From Chiloscyllium plagiosum (Eukaryota), in assembly GCF_004010195.1 (NCBI RefSeq), contig NC_057749.1, positions 18,191,630-18,211,629 of the forward strand: a stretch of DNA of 20,000 nucleotides, in the 5' to 3' direction. Below are positions 1 through 13,668 of this stretch, piece by piece. The notes under the pieces are model-generated. The model searched no databases, was not told where the DNA came from, and saw only the letters and a program-made list of their open reading frames with translations. Each line of letters starts with the position of its first letter. The stretch's first letter is position 1. The translations under genes were made by a program, and so were the position numbers.

Positions 1-1466
1 TTACCTAACTTGACTCCATTTAAATAGTAATCTGTCTTCCTGTTCTTGCCACCAAAGTGGATAACCACACATTTATCCACATTAAACTGCTTCTGTCATG
101 CATCTGTCCACTCACCTAGCCTGTCCAAGTCATCCTGTATTCTCATAACATCCTCCTCACATTCACCCTACCACCCAGCTTTGTGTCATCAGCATATTTG
201 CTAATATTACTTTTAATGCCTTCATCTATATCATTAATGTAGTCCCAGCACCGAACCTTGTGGTAACCCACTGGTCACCGCCTGCCATTCCGAAAGGGAC
301 CCGTTTATCACTACCCTTTGCTTCCTGTCAGCCAGCCAATTTTCAATCAAAGTCAATATTTTGCCCCCAGTACCATCTGCCCTAATTTTGCTCTCTAATG
401 TCCCATGCGGGACTCTATCAAAGGCTTTCTGAAAGTCCAGGTACACTACATCCGCTGGCTCTCCCTTGTCCATCTTCATAGTTACACACTGAAAACATTC
501 CAGAAGATTAGTCAAGCACGATTTCCCCTTCATAAATCCATGCTGATTCTGACCTCTCCTGTTACTGCTATCCAAATGAGTCATAATTTCATCTTTTATA
601 ATTGACTCCAGCATCTTTCCCACTATTGACGTCAGGTTAACTGGTCTATAATTCCCTGTTTTCTCTCTCCCTCCTTTCTTGAAAAGTGGGACAACATTAG
701 CCACTCTCAATTCCATAGGAACTGATCCTGAATTTATAGAACATTGGAAAATGATTACCAATGCATCCACAATTTCTAGAGCCACCTCCTTAAGTACCCT
801 GGGATGCAGATCATCAGGTCCCGGGGACTTCTCAGCCTTCAGACCTAACAGTCTATCCAACACCATTTCCTGCTTAATATAAACCCTTCAGTTCATCCAT
901 TACCCTAGGTGCTTCAGCCACTATTATATCTGGGAGGTTGCTTGTGTCTTCCCCAGTGAAGACAGATCCAAAGGACCTATTCAACTCTTCTGCCATTTCC
1001 TTGTTCCCCATAATAAATTCACCCAATTCTATCTTCAAGGGCCCGATTTTAGTCTTAACCATTTTTTTTCTTTGCACATACCTAAAAAAGCTTTTACTAT
1101 CCTCCTCTATATTTTAGGCCAGTTTGCCTCCGTACCTCAATTTTTCTCCACGTATTGCGTTTTTAGTTATCCTCTGTTACTCTTTAAAAGTTTCCCAGTC
1201 CTCTGATTTCCTGCTCACCTCTGCTATGTTATACTTCTTCTCTTTTATCTTTATACAGTCCTTAACTTCCCTTGTCAGCCACAGCCACCCCTGACTCCCC
1301 TTCGGATCTTTCTTCCTCTTTGGAAAGGACCATCTGCATTATATCCAGAAATACCTGCCGTTGTTGTTCCACTGCCATCCCTGCTAGGGTATTGTACCAT
1401 TGAACTTAGGCCTGCTCCTCCCATAGCTCCATAGTTCCCTTTGTTCAACTGCAATACTGACACATA
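1..1466 (-). mobile_element. Decayed, 5'-truncated CR1-clade LINE (ORF2 linker plus reverse transcriptase); continues beyond the window start
   Basis: Minus-strand ORF pieces 1275-1463, 874-1077 and 234-866 are collinear CR1 ORF2 segments (KEMAEELNRSFGSVFT; KSPGPDDLHPRVLKE; NYRPVNLTS; QHGFMKGKSCLTNL; VYLDFQKAFD; GLPQGSVLG), broken by frameshifts. Confidence 0.93.
234..866 (-). pseudogene. Non-LTR retrotransposon reverse transcriptase fragment (CR1 ORF2)
   Basis: Contains RT motifs NYRPxxL, QxGF, LDFxKAFD and GxPQGSVLG. The frame breaks right after PQGSVLG, before the F/YADD catalytic motif. Confidence 0.9.
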
Positions 1467-2260
1467 TCAGTGTGTTACATTAACTGGGGGGATTTGAGAA
1501 TGCTGTATTAACAGGGGGATATGAGAGTGTTACATTAGCGGGGGATATGAGAGTTTTACATTAGCAGGATGATATGAGAATGCTGTACTAACAGGGTGAC
1601 ATGAGAGTGTTACATGAACAGAAGGATATGAGGGAGTTGTATTAACAACAAGATATGAGAGTGCTGTATTAACAGGGTGATATGAGAGTGTTACATTAAC
1701 AAGGGATAAGAGAGTGCTGTATTATCTGGTGATATGAGAGTTTTACATTAACAGAGGGATATGAGGGAGTCGTATTAACAAGAGGATATGAGAGTGTTAC
1801 ATTAACAGGGGGATATGAGAGTGCTGAATTAACGGGGGATATGAAAGTGCTGTACTAAAAGAGAGATATGAGAGTATTAAATTAACAGGGAATCTGAGAG
1901 TGTTGTATTAATGGGGGATGCAAGAGTCTTACATTAACGGGAGATATGAGAGTGCTGTATTACAGGGTGATATGAGAGTGCTGTATTAACAAGGAGATAT
2001 CAGAGTGTTTCATTAACAGGCAAATACGAGATTGCTGTATTAACAGGGTGATATGCGAGTGTTATATTAACAGGGTCATATCAGAGTTTTACACTATCAG
2101 AGTGATATCACAGTGTTGTATTAACATGGTGAAATGGGAGTGCTACATTAACAGGATGATGACCCTGTCTTCACAGAGATGTGTGGGCGTTGTACTAACA
2201 GGGTGACATGAGAGTACTATAACAGCTTCCCATGAGGGTATTGTACTTACAGGGTAATAT
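1467..2260 (+). repeat. Degenerate ~27-bp tandem repeat (consensus approx. GATATGAGAGTGYTRYATTAACAGGGK)
   Basis: GATATGAGAGTG...TTAACAG recurs at about 27-bp spacing, with two interspersed subtypes (GTTACATTAA and GCTGTATTAA). Confidence 0.85.
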
Positions 2261-3060
2261 TAACAGTATGATATGAGGGTGCTATACTAACAGCATGATA
2301 TGAAGGTGTTGTACTAACAGGGTGATATGAGCGTGTTGTACTAACAGGGTAATCTGACGGTGTTGTACTAACAGGGTGATATGAAGGTGTTGTACTAACT
2401 GGGTGATCTGAGGGTGTTGTACTAACAGGGTGATATGAAGGTGTTGTACTAACTAGGTAATCTGAGGGTATTGTACTAACAGGGTAATCTGAGGGTGTTG
2501 TACTAACTGGGTGATCTGAGGGTGTTGTACTAACAGGGTGACATGAGGGTGTTGTACTAACAGGGTGACATGAGGGTGTTGTACTAACAGGGTGATATGA
2601 AGGTGTTGTAGTAACAGGGTAATCTGAGGGTGTGTACTAACTGGGTGATCTGAGGGTGTTGTACTAACAGGGTGATCTGAGGGTGTTGTACTAACAGGGT
2701 GATATGAGGGTGTTGTACTAACAGGGTGATCTGAGAGTGTTGTACTAACAGGGTGACATGAGGGTGTTGTACTAACAGGGTGACATGAGGGTGTTGTACT
2801 AACAGGGTGACATGAGGGTGTTGTACTAACAGGGTGACATGAGGGTGTTGTACTAACAGGGTGACATGAGGGTGTTGTACTAACAGGGTGACATGAGGGT
2901 GTTGTACTAACAGGGTGACATGAGGGTGTTGTACTAACAGGGTGACATGAGGGTGTTGTACTAACAGGGTGACATGAGGGTGTTGTACTAACAGGGTGAC
3001 ATGAGGGTGTTGTACTAACAGGGTGACATGAGGGTGTTGTACTAACAGGGTGATATGAGG
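2261..3060 (+). repeat. 27-bp minisatellite AGGGTGTTGTACTAACAGGGTGACATG
   Basis: Near-identical units. Ten perfect copies run 2761-3030, with variant copies (GATATG/GATCTG/AATCTG) upstream. Confidence 0.97.
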
Positions 3061-6000
3061 AGTGAGGGTGTTGTGTTAATTTGGAGTGAGGGTGTTGTGT
3101 TAATTTGGAGTGAGGGTGTTGTGTTAATTTGGAGTGAGGGTGTTGTGTTAATTTGGAGTGAGGGTGTTGTGTTAATTTGGAGTGAGGGTGTTGTGTTAAT
3201 TTGGAGTGAGGGTGTTGTGTTAATTTGGAGTGAGGGTGTTGTGTTAATTTGGAGTGAGGGTGTTGTGTTAATTTGGAGTGAGGGTGTTGTGTTAATTTGG
3301 AGTGAGGGTGTTGTGTTAATTTGGAGTGAGGGTGTTGTGTTAATTTGGAGTGAGGGTGTTGTGTTAATTTGGAGTGAGGGTGTTGTGTTAATTTGGAGTG
3401 AGGGTGTTGTGTTAATTTGGAGTGAGGGTGTTGTGTTAATTTGGAGTGAGGGTGTTGTGTTAATTTGGAGTGAGGGTGTTGTGTTAATTTGGAGTGAGGG
3501 TGTTGTGTTAATTTGGAGTGAGGGTGTTGTGTTAATTTGGAGTGAGGGTGTTGTGTTAATTTGGAGTGAGGGTGTTGTGTTAATTTGGAGTGAGGGTGTT
3601 GTGTTAATTTGGAGTGAGGGTGTTGTGTTAATTTGGAGTGAGGGTGTTGTGTTAATTTGGAGTGAGGGTGTTGTGTTAATTTGGAGTGAGGGTGTTGTGT
3701 TAATTTGGAGTGAGGGTGTTGTGTTAATTTGGAGTGAGGGTGTTGTGTTAATTTGGAGTGAGGGTGTTGTGTTAATTTGGAGTGAGGGTGTTGTGTTAAT
3801 TTGGAGTGAGGGTGTTGTGTTAATTTGGAGTGAGGGTGTTGTGTTAATTTGGAGTGAGGGTGTTGTGTTAATTTGGAGTGAGGGTGTTGTGTTAATTTGG
3901 AGTGAGGGTGTTGTGTTAATTTGGAGTGAGGGTGTTGTGTTAATTTGGAGTGAGGGTGTTGTGTTAATTTGGAGTGAGGGTGTTGTGTTAATTTGGAGTG
4001 AGGGTGTTGTGTTAATTTGGAGTGAGGGTGTTGTGTTAATTTGGAGTGAGGGTGTTGTGTTAATTTGGAGTGAGGGTGTTGTGTTAATTTGGAGTGAGGG
4101 TGTTGTGTTAATTTGGAGTGAGGGTGTTGTGTTAATTTGGAGTGAGGGTGTTGTGTTAATTTGGAGTGAGGGTGTTGTGTTAATTTGGAGTGAGGGTGTT
4201 GTGTTAATTTGGAGTGAGGGTGTTGTGTTAATTTGGAGTGAGGGTGTTGTGTTAATTTGGAGTGAGGGTGTTGTGTTAATTTGGAGTGAGGGTGTTGTGT
4301 TAATTTGGAGTGAGGGTGTTGTGTTAATTTGGAGTGAGGGTGTTGTGTTAATTTGGAGTGAGGGTGTTGTGTTAATTTGGAGTGAGGGTGTTGTGTTAAT
4401 TTGGAGTGAGGGTGTTGTGTTAATTTGGAGTGAGGGTGTTGTGTTAATTTGGAGTGAGGGTGTTGTGTTAATTTGGAGTGAGGGTGTTGTGTTAATTTGG
4501 AGTGAGGGTGTTGTGTTAATTTGGAGTGAGGGTGTTGTGTTAATTTGGAGTGAGGGTGTTGTGTTAATTTGGAGTGAGGGTGTTGTGTTAATTTGGAGTG
4601 AGGGTGTTGTGTTAATTTGGAGTGAGGGTGTTGTGTTAATTTGGAGTGAGGGTGTTGTGTTAATTTGGAGTGAGGGTGTTGTGTTAATTTGGAGTGAGGG
4701 TGTTGTGTTAATTTGGAGTGAGGGTGTTGTGTTAATTTGGAGTGAGGGTGTTGTGTTAATTTGGAGTGAGGGTGTTGTGTTAATTTGGAGTGAGGGTGTT
4801 GTGTTAATTTGGAGTGAGGGTGTTGTGTTAATTTGGAGTGAGGGTGTTGTGTTAATTTGGAGTGAGGGTGTTGTGTTAATTTGGAGTGAGGGTGTTGTGT
4901 TAATTTGGAGTGAGGGTGTTGTGTTAATTTGGAGTGAGGGTGTTGTGTTAATTTGGAGTGAGGGTGTTGTGTTAATTTGGAGTGAGGGTGTTGTGTTAAT
5001 TTGGAGTGAGGGTGTTGTGTTAATTTGGAGTGAGGGTGTTGTGTTAATTTGGAGTGAGGGTGTTGTGTTAATTTGGAGTGAGGGTGTTGTGTTAATTTGG
5101 AGTGAGGGTGTTGTGTTAATTTGGAGTGAGGGTGTTGTGTTAATTTGGAGTGAGGGTGTTGTGTTAATTTGGAGTGAGGGTGTTGTGTTAATTTGGAGTG
5201 AGGGTGTTGTGTTAATTTGGAGTGAGGGTGTTGTGTTAATTTGGAGTGAGGGTGTTGTGTTAATTTGGAGTGAGGGTGTTGTGTTAATTTGGAGTGAGGG
5301 TGTTGTGTTAATTTGGAGTGAGGGTGTTGTGTTAATTTGGAGTGAGGGTGTTGTGTTAATTTGGAGTGAGGGTGTTGTGTTAATTTGGAGTGAGGGTGTT
5401 GTGTTAATTTGGAGTGAGGGTGTTGTGTTAATTTGGAGTGAGGGTGTTGTGTTAATTTGGAGTGAGGGTGTTGTGTTAATTTGGAGTGAGGGTGTTGTGT
5501 TAATTTGGAGTGAGGGTGTTGTGTTAATTTGGAGTGAGGGTGTTGTGTTAATTTGGAGTGAGGGTGTTGTGTTAATTTGGAGTGAGGGTGTTGTGTTAAT
5601 TTGGAGTGAGGGTGTTGTGTTAATTTGGAGTGAGGGTGTTGTGTTAATTTGGAGTGAGGGTGTTGTGTTAATTTGGAGTGAGGGTGTTGTGTTAATTTGG
5701 AGTGAGGGTGTTGTGTTAATTTGGAGTGAGGGTGTTGTGTTAATTTGGAGTGAGGGTGTTGTGTTAATTTGGAGTGAGGGTGTTGTGTTAATTTGGAGTG
5801 AGGGTGTTGTGTTAATTTGGAGTGAGGGTGTTGTGTTAATTTGGAGTGAGGGTGTTGTGTTAATTTGGAGTGAGGGTGTTGTGTTAATTTGGAGTGAGGG
5901 TGTTGTGTTAATTTGGAGTGAGGGTGTTGTGTTAATTTGGAGTGAGGGTGTTGTGTTAATTTGGAGTGAGGGTGTTGTGTTAATTTGGAGTGAGGGTGTT

Positions 6001-9000
6001 GTGTTAATTTGGAGTGAGGGTGTTGTGTTAATTTGGAGTGAGGGTGTTGTGTTAATTTGGAGTGAGGGTGTTGTGTTAATTTGGAGTGAGGGTGTTGTGT
6101 TAATTTGGAGTGAGGGTGTTGTGTTAATTTGGAGTGAGGGTGTTGTGTTAATTTGGAGTGAGGGTGTTGTGTTAATTTGGAGTGAGGGTGTTGTGTTAAT
6201 TTGGAGTGAGGGTGTTGTGTTAATTTGGAGTGAGGGTGTTGTGTTAATTTGGAGTGAGGGTGTTGTGTTAATTTGGAGTGAGGGTGTTGTGTTAATTTGG
6301 AGTGAGGGTGTTGTGTTAATTTGGAGTGAGGGTGTTGTGTTAATTTGGAGTGAGGGTGTTGTGTTAATTTGGAGTGAGGGTGTTGTGTTAATTTGGAGTG
6401 AGGGTGTTGTGTTAATTTGGAGTGAGGGTGTTGTGTTAATTTGGAGTGAGGGTGTTGTGTTAATTTGGAGTGAGGGTGTTGTGTTAATTTGGAGTGAGGG
6501 TGTTGTGTTAATTTGGAGTGAGGGTGTTGTGTTAATTTGGAGTGAGGGTGTTGTGTTAATTTGGAGTGAGGGTGTTGTGTTAATTTGGAGTGAGGGTGTT
6601 GTGTTAATTTGGAGTGAGGGTGTTGTGTTAATTTGGAGTGAGGGTGTTGTGTTAATTTGGAGTGAGGGTGTTGTGTTAATTTGGAGTGAGGGTGTTGTGT
6701 TAATTTGGAGTGAGGGTGTTGTGTTAATTTGGAGTGAGGGTGTTGTGTTAATTTGGAGTGAGGGTGTTGTGTTAATTTGGAGTGAGGGTGTTGTGTTAAT
6801 TTGGAGTGAGGGTGTTGTGTTAATTTGGAGTGAGGGTGTTGTGTTAATTTGGAGTGAGGGTGTTGTGTTAATTTGGAGTGAGGGTGTTGTGTTAATTTGG
6901 AGTGAGGGTGTTGTGTTAATTTGGAGTGAGGGTGTTGTGTTAATTTGGAGTGAGGGTGTTGTGTTAATTTGGAGTGAGGGTGTTGTGTTAATTTGGAGTG
7001 AGGGTGTTGTGTTAATTTGGAGTGAGGGTGTTGTGTTAATTTGGAGTGAGGGTGTTGTGTTAATTTGGAGTGAGGGTGTTGTGTTAATTTGGAGTGAGGG
7101 TGTTGTGTTAATTTGGAGTGAGGGTGTTGTGTTAATTTGGAGTGAGGGTGTTGTGTTAATTTGGAGTGAGGGTGTTGTGTTAATTTGGAGTGAGGGTGTT
7201 GTGTTAATTTGGAGTGAGGGTGTTGTGTTAATTTGGAGTGAGGGTGTTGTGTTAATTTGGAGTGAGGGTGTTGTGTTAATTTGGAGTGAGGGTGTTGTGT
7301 TAATTTGGAGTGAGGGTGTTGTGTTAATTTGGAGTGAGGGTGTTGTGTTAATTTGGAGTGAGGGTGTTGTGTTAATTTGGAGTGAGGGTGTTGTGTTAAT
7401 TTGGAGTGAGGGTGTTGTGTTAATTTGGAGTGAGGGTGTTGTGTTAATTTGGAGTGAGGGTGTTGTGTTAATTTGGAGTGAGGGTGTTGTGTTAATTTGG
7501 AGTGAGGGTGTTGTGTTAATTTGGAGTGAGGGTGTTGTGTTAATTTGGAGTGAGGGTGTTGTGTTAATTTGGAGTGAGGGTGTTGTGTTAATTTGGAGTG
7601 AGGGTGTTGTGTTAATTTGGAGTGAGGGTGTTGTGTTAATTTGGAGTGAGGGTGTTGTGTTAATTTGGAGTGAGGGTGTTGTGTTAATTTGGAGTGAGGG
7701 TGTTGTGTTAATTTGGAGTGAGGGTGTTGTGTTAATTTGGAGTGAGGGTGTTGTGTTAATTTGGAGTGAGGGTGTTGTGTTAATTTGGAGTGAGGGTGTT
7801 GTGTTAATTTGGAGTGAGGGTGTTGTGTTAATTTGGAGTGAGGGTGTTGTGTTAATTTGGAGTGAGGGTGTTGTGTTAATTTGGAGTGAGGGTGTTGTGT
7901 TAATTTGGAGTGAGGGTGTTGTGTTAATTTGGAGTGAGGGTGTTGTGTTAATTTGGAGTGAGGGTGTTGTGTTAATTTGGAGTGAGGGTGTTGTGTTAAT
8001 TTGGAGTGAGGGTGTTGTGTTAATTTGGAGTGAGGGTGTTGTGTTAATTTGGAGTGAGGGTGTTGTGTTAATTTGGAGTGAGGGTGTTGTGTTAATTTGG
8101 AGTGAGGGTGTTGTGTTAATTTGGAGTGAGGGTGTTGTGTTAATTTGGAGTGAGGGTGTTGTGTTAATTTGGAGTGAGGGTGTTGTGTTAATTTGGAGTG
8201 AGGGTGTTGTGTTAATTTGGAGTGAGGGTGTTGTGTTAATTTGGAGTGAGGGTGTTGTGTTAATTTGGAGTGAGGGTGTTGTGTTAATTTGGAGTGAGGG
8301 TGTTGTGTTAATTTGGAGTGAGGGTGTTGTGTTAATTTGGAGTGAGGGTGTTGTGTTAATTTGGAGTGAGGGTGTTGTGTTAATTTGGAGTGAGGGTGTT
8401 GTGTTAATTTGGAGTGAGGGTGTTGTGTTAATTTGGAGTGAGGGTGTTGTGTTAATTTGGAGTGAGGGTGTTGTGTTAATTTGGAGTGAGGGTGTTGTGT
8501 TAATTTGGAGTGAGGGTGTTGTGTTAATTTGGAGTGAGGGTGTTGTGTTAATTTGGAGTGAGGGTGTTGTGTTAATTTGGAGTGAGGGTGTTGTGTTAAT
8601 TTGGAGTGAGGGTGTTGTGTTAATTTGGAGTGAGGGTGTTGTGTTAATTTGGAGTGAGGGTGTTGTGTTAATTTGGAGTGAGGGTGTTGTGTTAATTTGG
8701 AGTGAGGGTGTTGTGTTAATTTGGAGTGAGGGTGTTGTGTTAATTTGGAGTGAGGGTGTTGTGTTAATTTGGAGTGAGGGTGTTGTGTTAATTTGGAGTG
8801 AGGGTGTTGTGTTAATTTGGAGTGAGGGTGTTGTGTTAATTTGGAGTGAGGGTGTTGTGTTAATTTGGAGTGAGGGTGTTGTGTTAATTTGGAGTGAGGG
8901 TGTTGTGTTAATTTGGAGTGAGGGTGTTGTGTTAATTTGGAGTGAGGGTGTTGTGTTAATTTGGAGTGAGGGTGTTGTGTTAATTTGGAGTGAGGGTGTT

Positions 9001-12000
9001 GTGTTAATTTGGAGTGAGGGTGTTGTGTTAATTTGGAGTGAGGGTGTTGTGTTAATTTGGAGTGAGGGTGTTGTGTTAATTTGGAGTGAGGGTGTTGTGT
9101 TAATTTGGAGTGAGGGTGTTGTGTTAATTTGGAGTGAGGGTGTTGTGTTAATTTGGAGTGAGGGTGTTGTGTTAATTTGGAGTGAGGGTGTTGTGTTAAT
9201 TTGGAGTGAGGGTGTTGTGTTAATTTGGAGTGAGGGTGTTGTGTTAATTTGGAGTGAGGGTGTTGTGTTAATTTGGAGTGAGGGTGTTGTGTTAATTTGG
9301 AGTGAGGGTGTTGTGTTAATTTGGAGTGAGGGTGTTGTGTTAATTTGGAGTGAGGGTGTTGTGTTAATTTGGAGTGAGGGTGTTGTGTTAATTTGGAGTG
9401 AGGGTGTTGTGTTAATTTGGAGTGAGGGTGTTGTGTTAATTTGGAGTGAGGGTGTTGTGTTAATTTGGAGTGAGGGTGTTGTGTTAATTTGGAGTGAGGG
9501 TGTTGTGTTAATTTGGAGTGAGGGTGTTGTGTTAATTTGGAGTGAGGGTGTTGTGTTAATTTGGAGTGAGGGTGTTGTGTTAATTTGGAGTGAGGGTGTT
9601 GTGTTAATTTGGAGTGAGGGTGTTGTGTTAATTTGGAGTGAGGGTGTTGTGTTAATTTGGAGTGAGGGTGTTGTGTTAATTTGGAGTGAGGGTGTTGTGT
9701 TAATTTGGAGTGAGGGTGTTGTGTTAATTTGGAGTGAGGGTGTTGTGTTAATTTGGAGTGAGGGTGTTGTGTTAATTTGGAGTGAGGGTGTTGTGTTAAT
9801 TTGGAGTGAGGGTGTTGTGTTAATTTGGAGTGAGGGTGTTGTGTTAATTTGGAGTGAGGGTGTTGTGTTAATTTGGAGTGAGGGTGTTGTGTTAATTTGG
9901 AGTGAGGGTGTTGTGTTAATTTGGAGTGAGGGTGTTGTGTTAATTTGGAGTGAGGGTGTTGTGTTAATTTGGAGTGAGGGTGTTGTGTTAATTTGGAGTG
10001 AGGGTGTTGTGTTAATTTGGAGTGAGGGTGTTGTGTTAATTTGGAGTGAGGGTGTTGTGTTAATTTGGAGTGAGGGTGTTGTGTTAATTTGGAGTGAGGG
10101 TGTTGTGTTAATTTGGAGTGAGGGTGTTGTGTTAATTTGGAGTGAGGGTGTTGTGTTAATTTGGAGTGAGGGTGTTGTGTTAATTTGGAGTGAGGGTGTT
10201 GTGTTAATTTGGAGTGAGGGTGTTGTGTTAATTTGGAGTGAGGGTGTTGTGTTAATTTGGAGTGAGGGTGTTGTGTTAATTTGGAGTGAGGGTGTTGTGT
10301 TAATTTGGAGTGAGGGTGTTGTGTTAATTTGGAGTGAGGGTGTTGTGTTAATTTGGAGTGAGGGTGTTGTGTTAATTTGGAGTGAGGGTGTTGTGTTAAT
10401 TTGGAGTGAGGGTGTTGTGTTAATTTGGAGTGAGGGTGTTGTGTTAATTTGGAGTGAGGGTGTTGTGTTAATTTGGAGTGAGGGTGTTGTGTTAATTTGG
10501 AGTGAGGGTGTTGTGTTAATTTGGAGTGAGGGTGTTGTGTTAATTTGGAGTGAGGGTGTTGTGTTAATTTGGAGTGAGGGTGTTGTGTTAATTTGGAGTG
10601 AGGGTGTTGTGTTAATTTGGAGTGAGGGTGTTGTGTTAATTTGGAGTGAGGGTGTTGTGTTAATTTGGAGTGAGGGTGTTGTGTTAATTTGGAGTGAGGG
10701 TGTTGTGTTAATTTGGAGTGAGGGTGTTGTGTTAATTTGGAGTGAGGGTGTTGTGTTAATTTGGAGTGAGGGTGTTGTGTTAATTTGGAGTGAGGGTGTT
10801 GTGTTAATTTGGAGTGAGGGTGTTGTGTTAATTTGGAGTGAGGGTGTTGTGTTAATTTGGAGTGAGGGTGTTGTGTTAATTTGGAGTGAGGGTGTTGTGT
10901 TAATTTGGAGTGAGGGTGTTGTGTTAATTTGGAGTGAGGGTGTTGTGTTAATTTGGAGTGAGGGTGTTGTGTTAATTTGGAGTGAGGGTGTTGTGTTAAT
11001 TTGGAGTGAGGGTGTTGTGTTAATTTGGAGTGAGGGTGTTGTGTTAATTTGGAGTGAGGGTGTTGTGTTAATTTGGAGTGAGGGTGTTGTGTTAATTTGG
11101 AGTGAGGGTGTTGTGTTAATTTGGAGTGAGGGTGTTGTGTTAATTTGGAGTGAGGGTGTTGTGTTAATTTGGAGTGAGGGTGTTGTGTTAATTTGGAGTG
11201 AGGGTGTTGTGTTAATTTGGAGTGAGGGTGTTGTGTTAATTTGGAGTGAGGGTGTTGTGTTAATTTGGAGTGAGGGTGTTGTGTTAATTTGGAGTGAGGG
11301 TGTTGTGTTAATTTGGAGTGAGGGTGTTGTGTTAATTTGGAGTGAGGGTGTTGTGTTAATTTGGAGTGAGGGTGTTGTGTTAATTTGGAGTGAGGGTGTT
11401 GTGTTAATTTGGAGTGAGGGTGTTGTGTTAATTTGGAGTGAGGGTGTTGTGTTAATTTGGAGTGAGGGTGTTGTGTTAATTTGGAGTGAGGGTGTTGTGT
11501 TAATTTGGAGTGAGGGTGTTGTGTTAATTTGGAGTGAGGGTGTTGTGTTAATTTGGAGTGAGGGTGTTGTGTTAATTTGGAGTGAGGGTGTTGTGTTAAT
11601 TTGGAGTGAGGGTGTTGTGTTAATTTGGAGTGAGGGTGTTGTGTTAATTTGGAGTGAGGGTGTTGTGTTAATTTGGAGTGAGGGTGTTGTGTTAATTTGG
11701 AGTGAGGGTGTTGTGTTAATTTGGAGTGAGGGTGTTGTGTTAATTTGGAGTGAGGGTGTTGTGTTAATTTGGAGTGAGGGTGTTGTGTTAATTTGGAGTG
11801 AGGGTGTTGTGTTAATTTGGAGTGAGGGTGTTGTGTTAATTTGGAGTGAGGGTGTTGTGTTAATTTGGAGTGAGGGTGTTGTGTTAATTTGGAGTGAGGG
11901 TGTTGTGTTAATTTGGAGTGAGGGTGTTGTGTTAATTTGGAGTGAGGGTGTTGTGTTAATTTGGAGTGAGGGTGTTGTGTTAATTTGGAGTGAGGGTGTT

Positions 12001-13668
12001 GTGTTAATTTGGAGTGAGGGTGTTGTGTTAATTTGGAGTGAGGGTGTTGTGTTAATTTGGAGTGAGGGTGTTGTGTTAATTTGGAGTGAGGGTGTTGTGT
12101 TAATTTGGAGTGAGGGTGTTGTGTTAATTTGGAGTGAGGGTGTTGTGTTAATTTGGAGTGAGGGTGTTGTGTTAATTTGGAGTGAGGGTGTTGTGTTAAT
12201 TTGGAGTGAGGGTGTTGTGTTAATTTGGAGTGAGGGTGTTGTGTTAATTTGGAGTGAGGGTGTTGTGTTAATTTGGAGTGAGGGTGTTGTGTTAATTTGG
12301 AGTGAGGGTGTTGTGTTAATTTGGAGTGAGGGTGTTGTGTTAATTTGGAGTGAGGGTGTTGTGTTAATTTGGAGTGAGGGTGTTGTGTTAATTTGGAGTG
12401 AGGGTGTTGTGTTAATTTGGAGTGAGGGTGTTGTGTTAATTTGGAGTGAGGGTGTTGTGTTAATTTGGAGTGAGGGTGTTGTGTTAATTTGGAGTGAGGG
12501 TGTTGTGTTAATTTGGAGTGAGGGTGTTGTGTTAATTTGGAGTGAGGGTGTTGTGTTAATTTGGAGTGAGGGTGTTGTGTTAATTTGGAGTGAGGGTGTT
12601 GTGTTAATTTGGAGTGAGGGTGTTGTGTTAATTTGGAGTGAGGGTGTTGTGTTAATTTGGAGTGAGGGTGTTGTGTTAATTTGGAGTGAGGGTGTTGTGT
12701 TAATTTGGAGTGAGGGTGTTGTGTTAATTTGGAGTGAGGGTGTTGTGTTAATTTGGAGTGAGGGTGTTGTGTTAATTTGGAGTGAGGGTGTTGTGTTAAT
12801 TTGGAGTGAGGGTGTTGTGTTAATTTGGAGTGAGGGTGTTGTGTTAATTTGGAGTGAGGGTGTTGTGTTAATTTGGAGTGAGGGTGTTGTGTTAATTTGG
12901 AGTGAGGGTGTTGTGTTAATTTGGAGTGAGGGTGTTGTGTTAATTTGGAGTGAGGGTGTTGTGTTAATTTGGAGTGAGGGTGTTGTGTTAATTTGGAGTG
13001 AGGGTGTTGTGTTAATTTGGAGTGAGGGTGTTGTGTTAATTTGGAGTGAGGGTGTTGTGTTAATTTGGAGTGAGGGTGTTGTGTTAATTTGGAGTGAGGG
13101 TGTTGTGTTAATTTGGAGTGAGGGTGTTGTGTTAATTTGGAGTGAGGGTGTTGTGTTAATTTGGAGTGAGGGTGTTGTGTTAATTTGGAGTGAGGGTGTT
13201 GTGTTAATTTGGAGTGAGGGTGTTGTGTTAATTTGGAGTGAGGGTGTTGTGTTAATTTGGAGTGAGGGTGTTGTGTTAATTTGGAGTGAGGGTGTTGTGT
13301 TAATTTGGAGTGAGGGTGTTGTGTTAATTTGGAGTGAGGGTGTTGTGTTAATTTGGAGTGAGGGTGTTGTGTTAATTTGGAGTGAGGGTGTTGTGTTAAT
13401 TTGGAGTGAGGGTGTTGTGTTAATTTGGAGTGAGGGTGTTGTGTTAATTTGGAGTGAGGGTGTTGTGTTAATTTGGAGTGAGGGTGTTGTGTTAATTTGG
13501 AGTGAGGGTGTTGTGTTAATTTGGAGTGAGGGTGTTGTGTTAATTTGGAGTGAGGGTGTTGTGTTAATTTGGAGTGAGGGTGTTGTGTTAATTTGGAGTG
13601 AGGGTGTTGTGTTAATTTGGAGTGAGGGTGTTGTGTTAATTTGGAGTGAGGGTGTTGTGTTAATTTGG
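3061..13668 (+). repeat. Perfect 24-bp satellite array (AGTGAGGGTGTTGTGTTAATTTGG) x442
   Basis: 10608 bp = 442 x 24. No variant unit was seen by eye or in the two ORF translations. The + strand contains no C. Confidence 0.99.

Noticed and set aside
405..882. Short plus-strand ORFs, and similarly 14892-15353, 16905-17398 and 19105-19934
   Set aside because: Antisense or alternate frames of repeats, or low-complexity sequence, with no recognisable domains.
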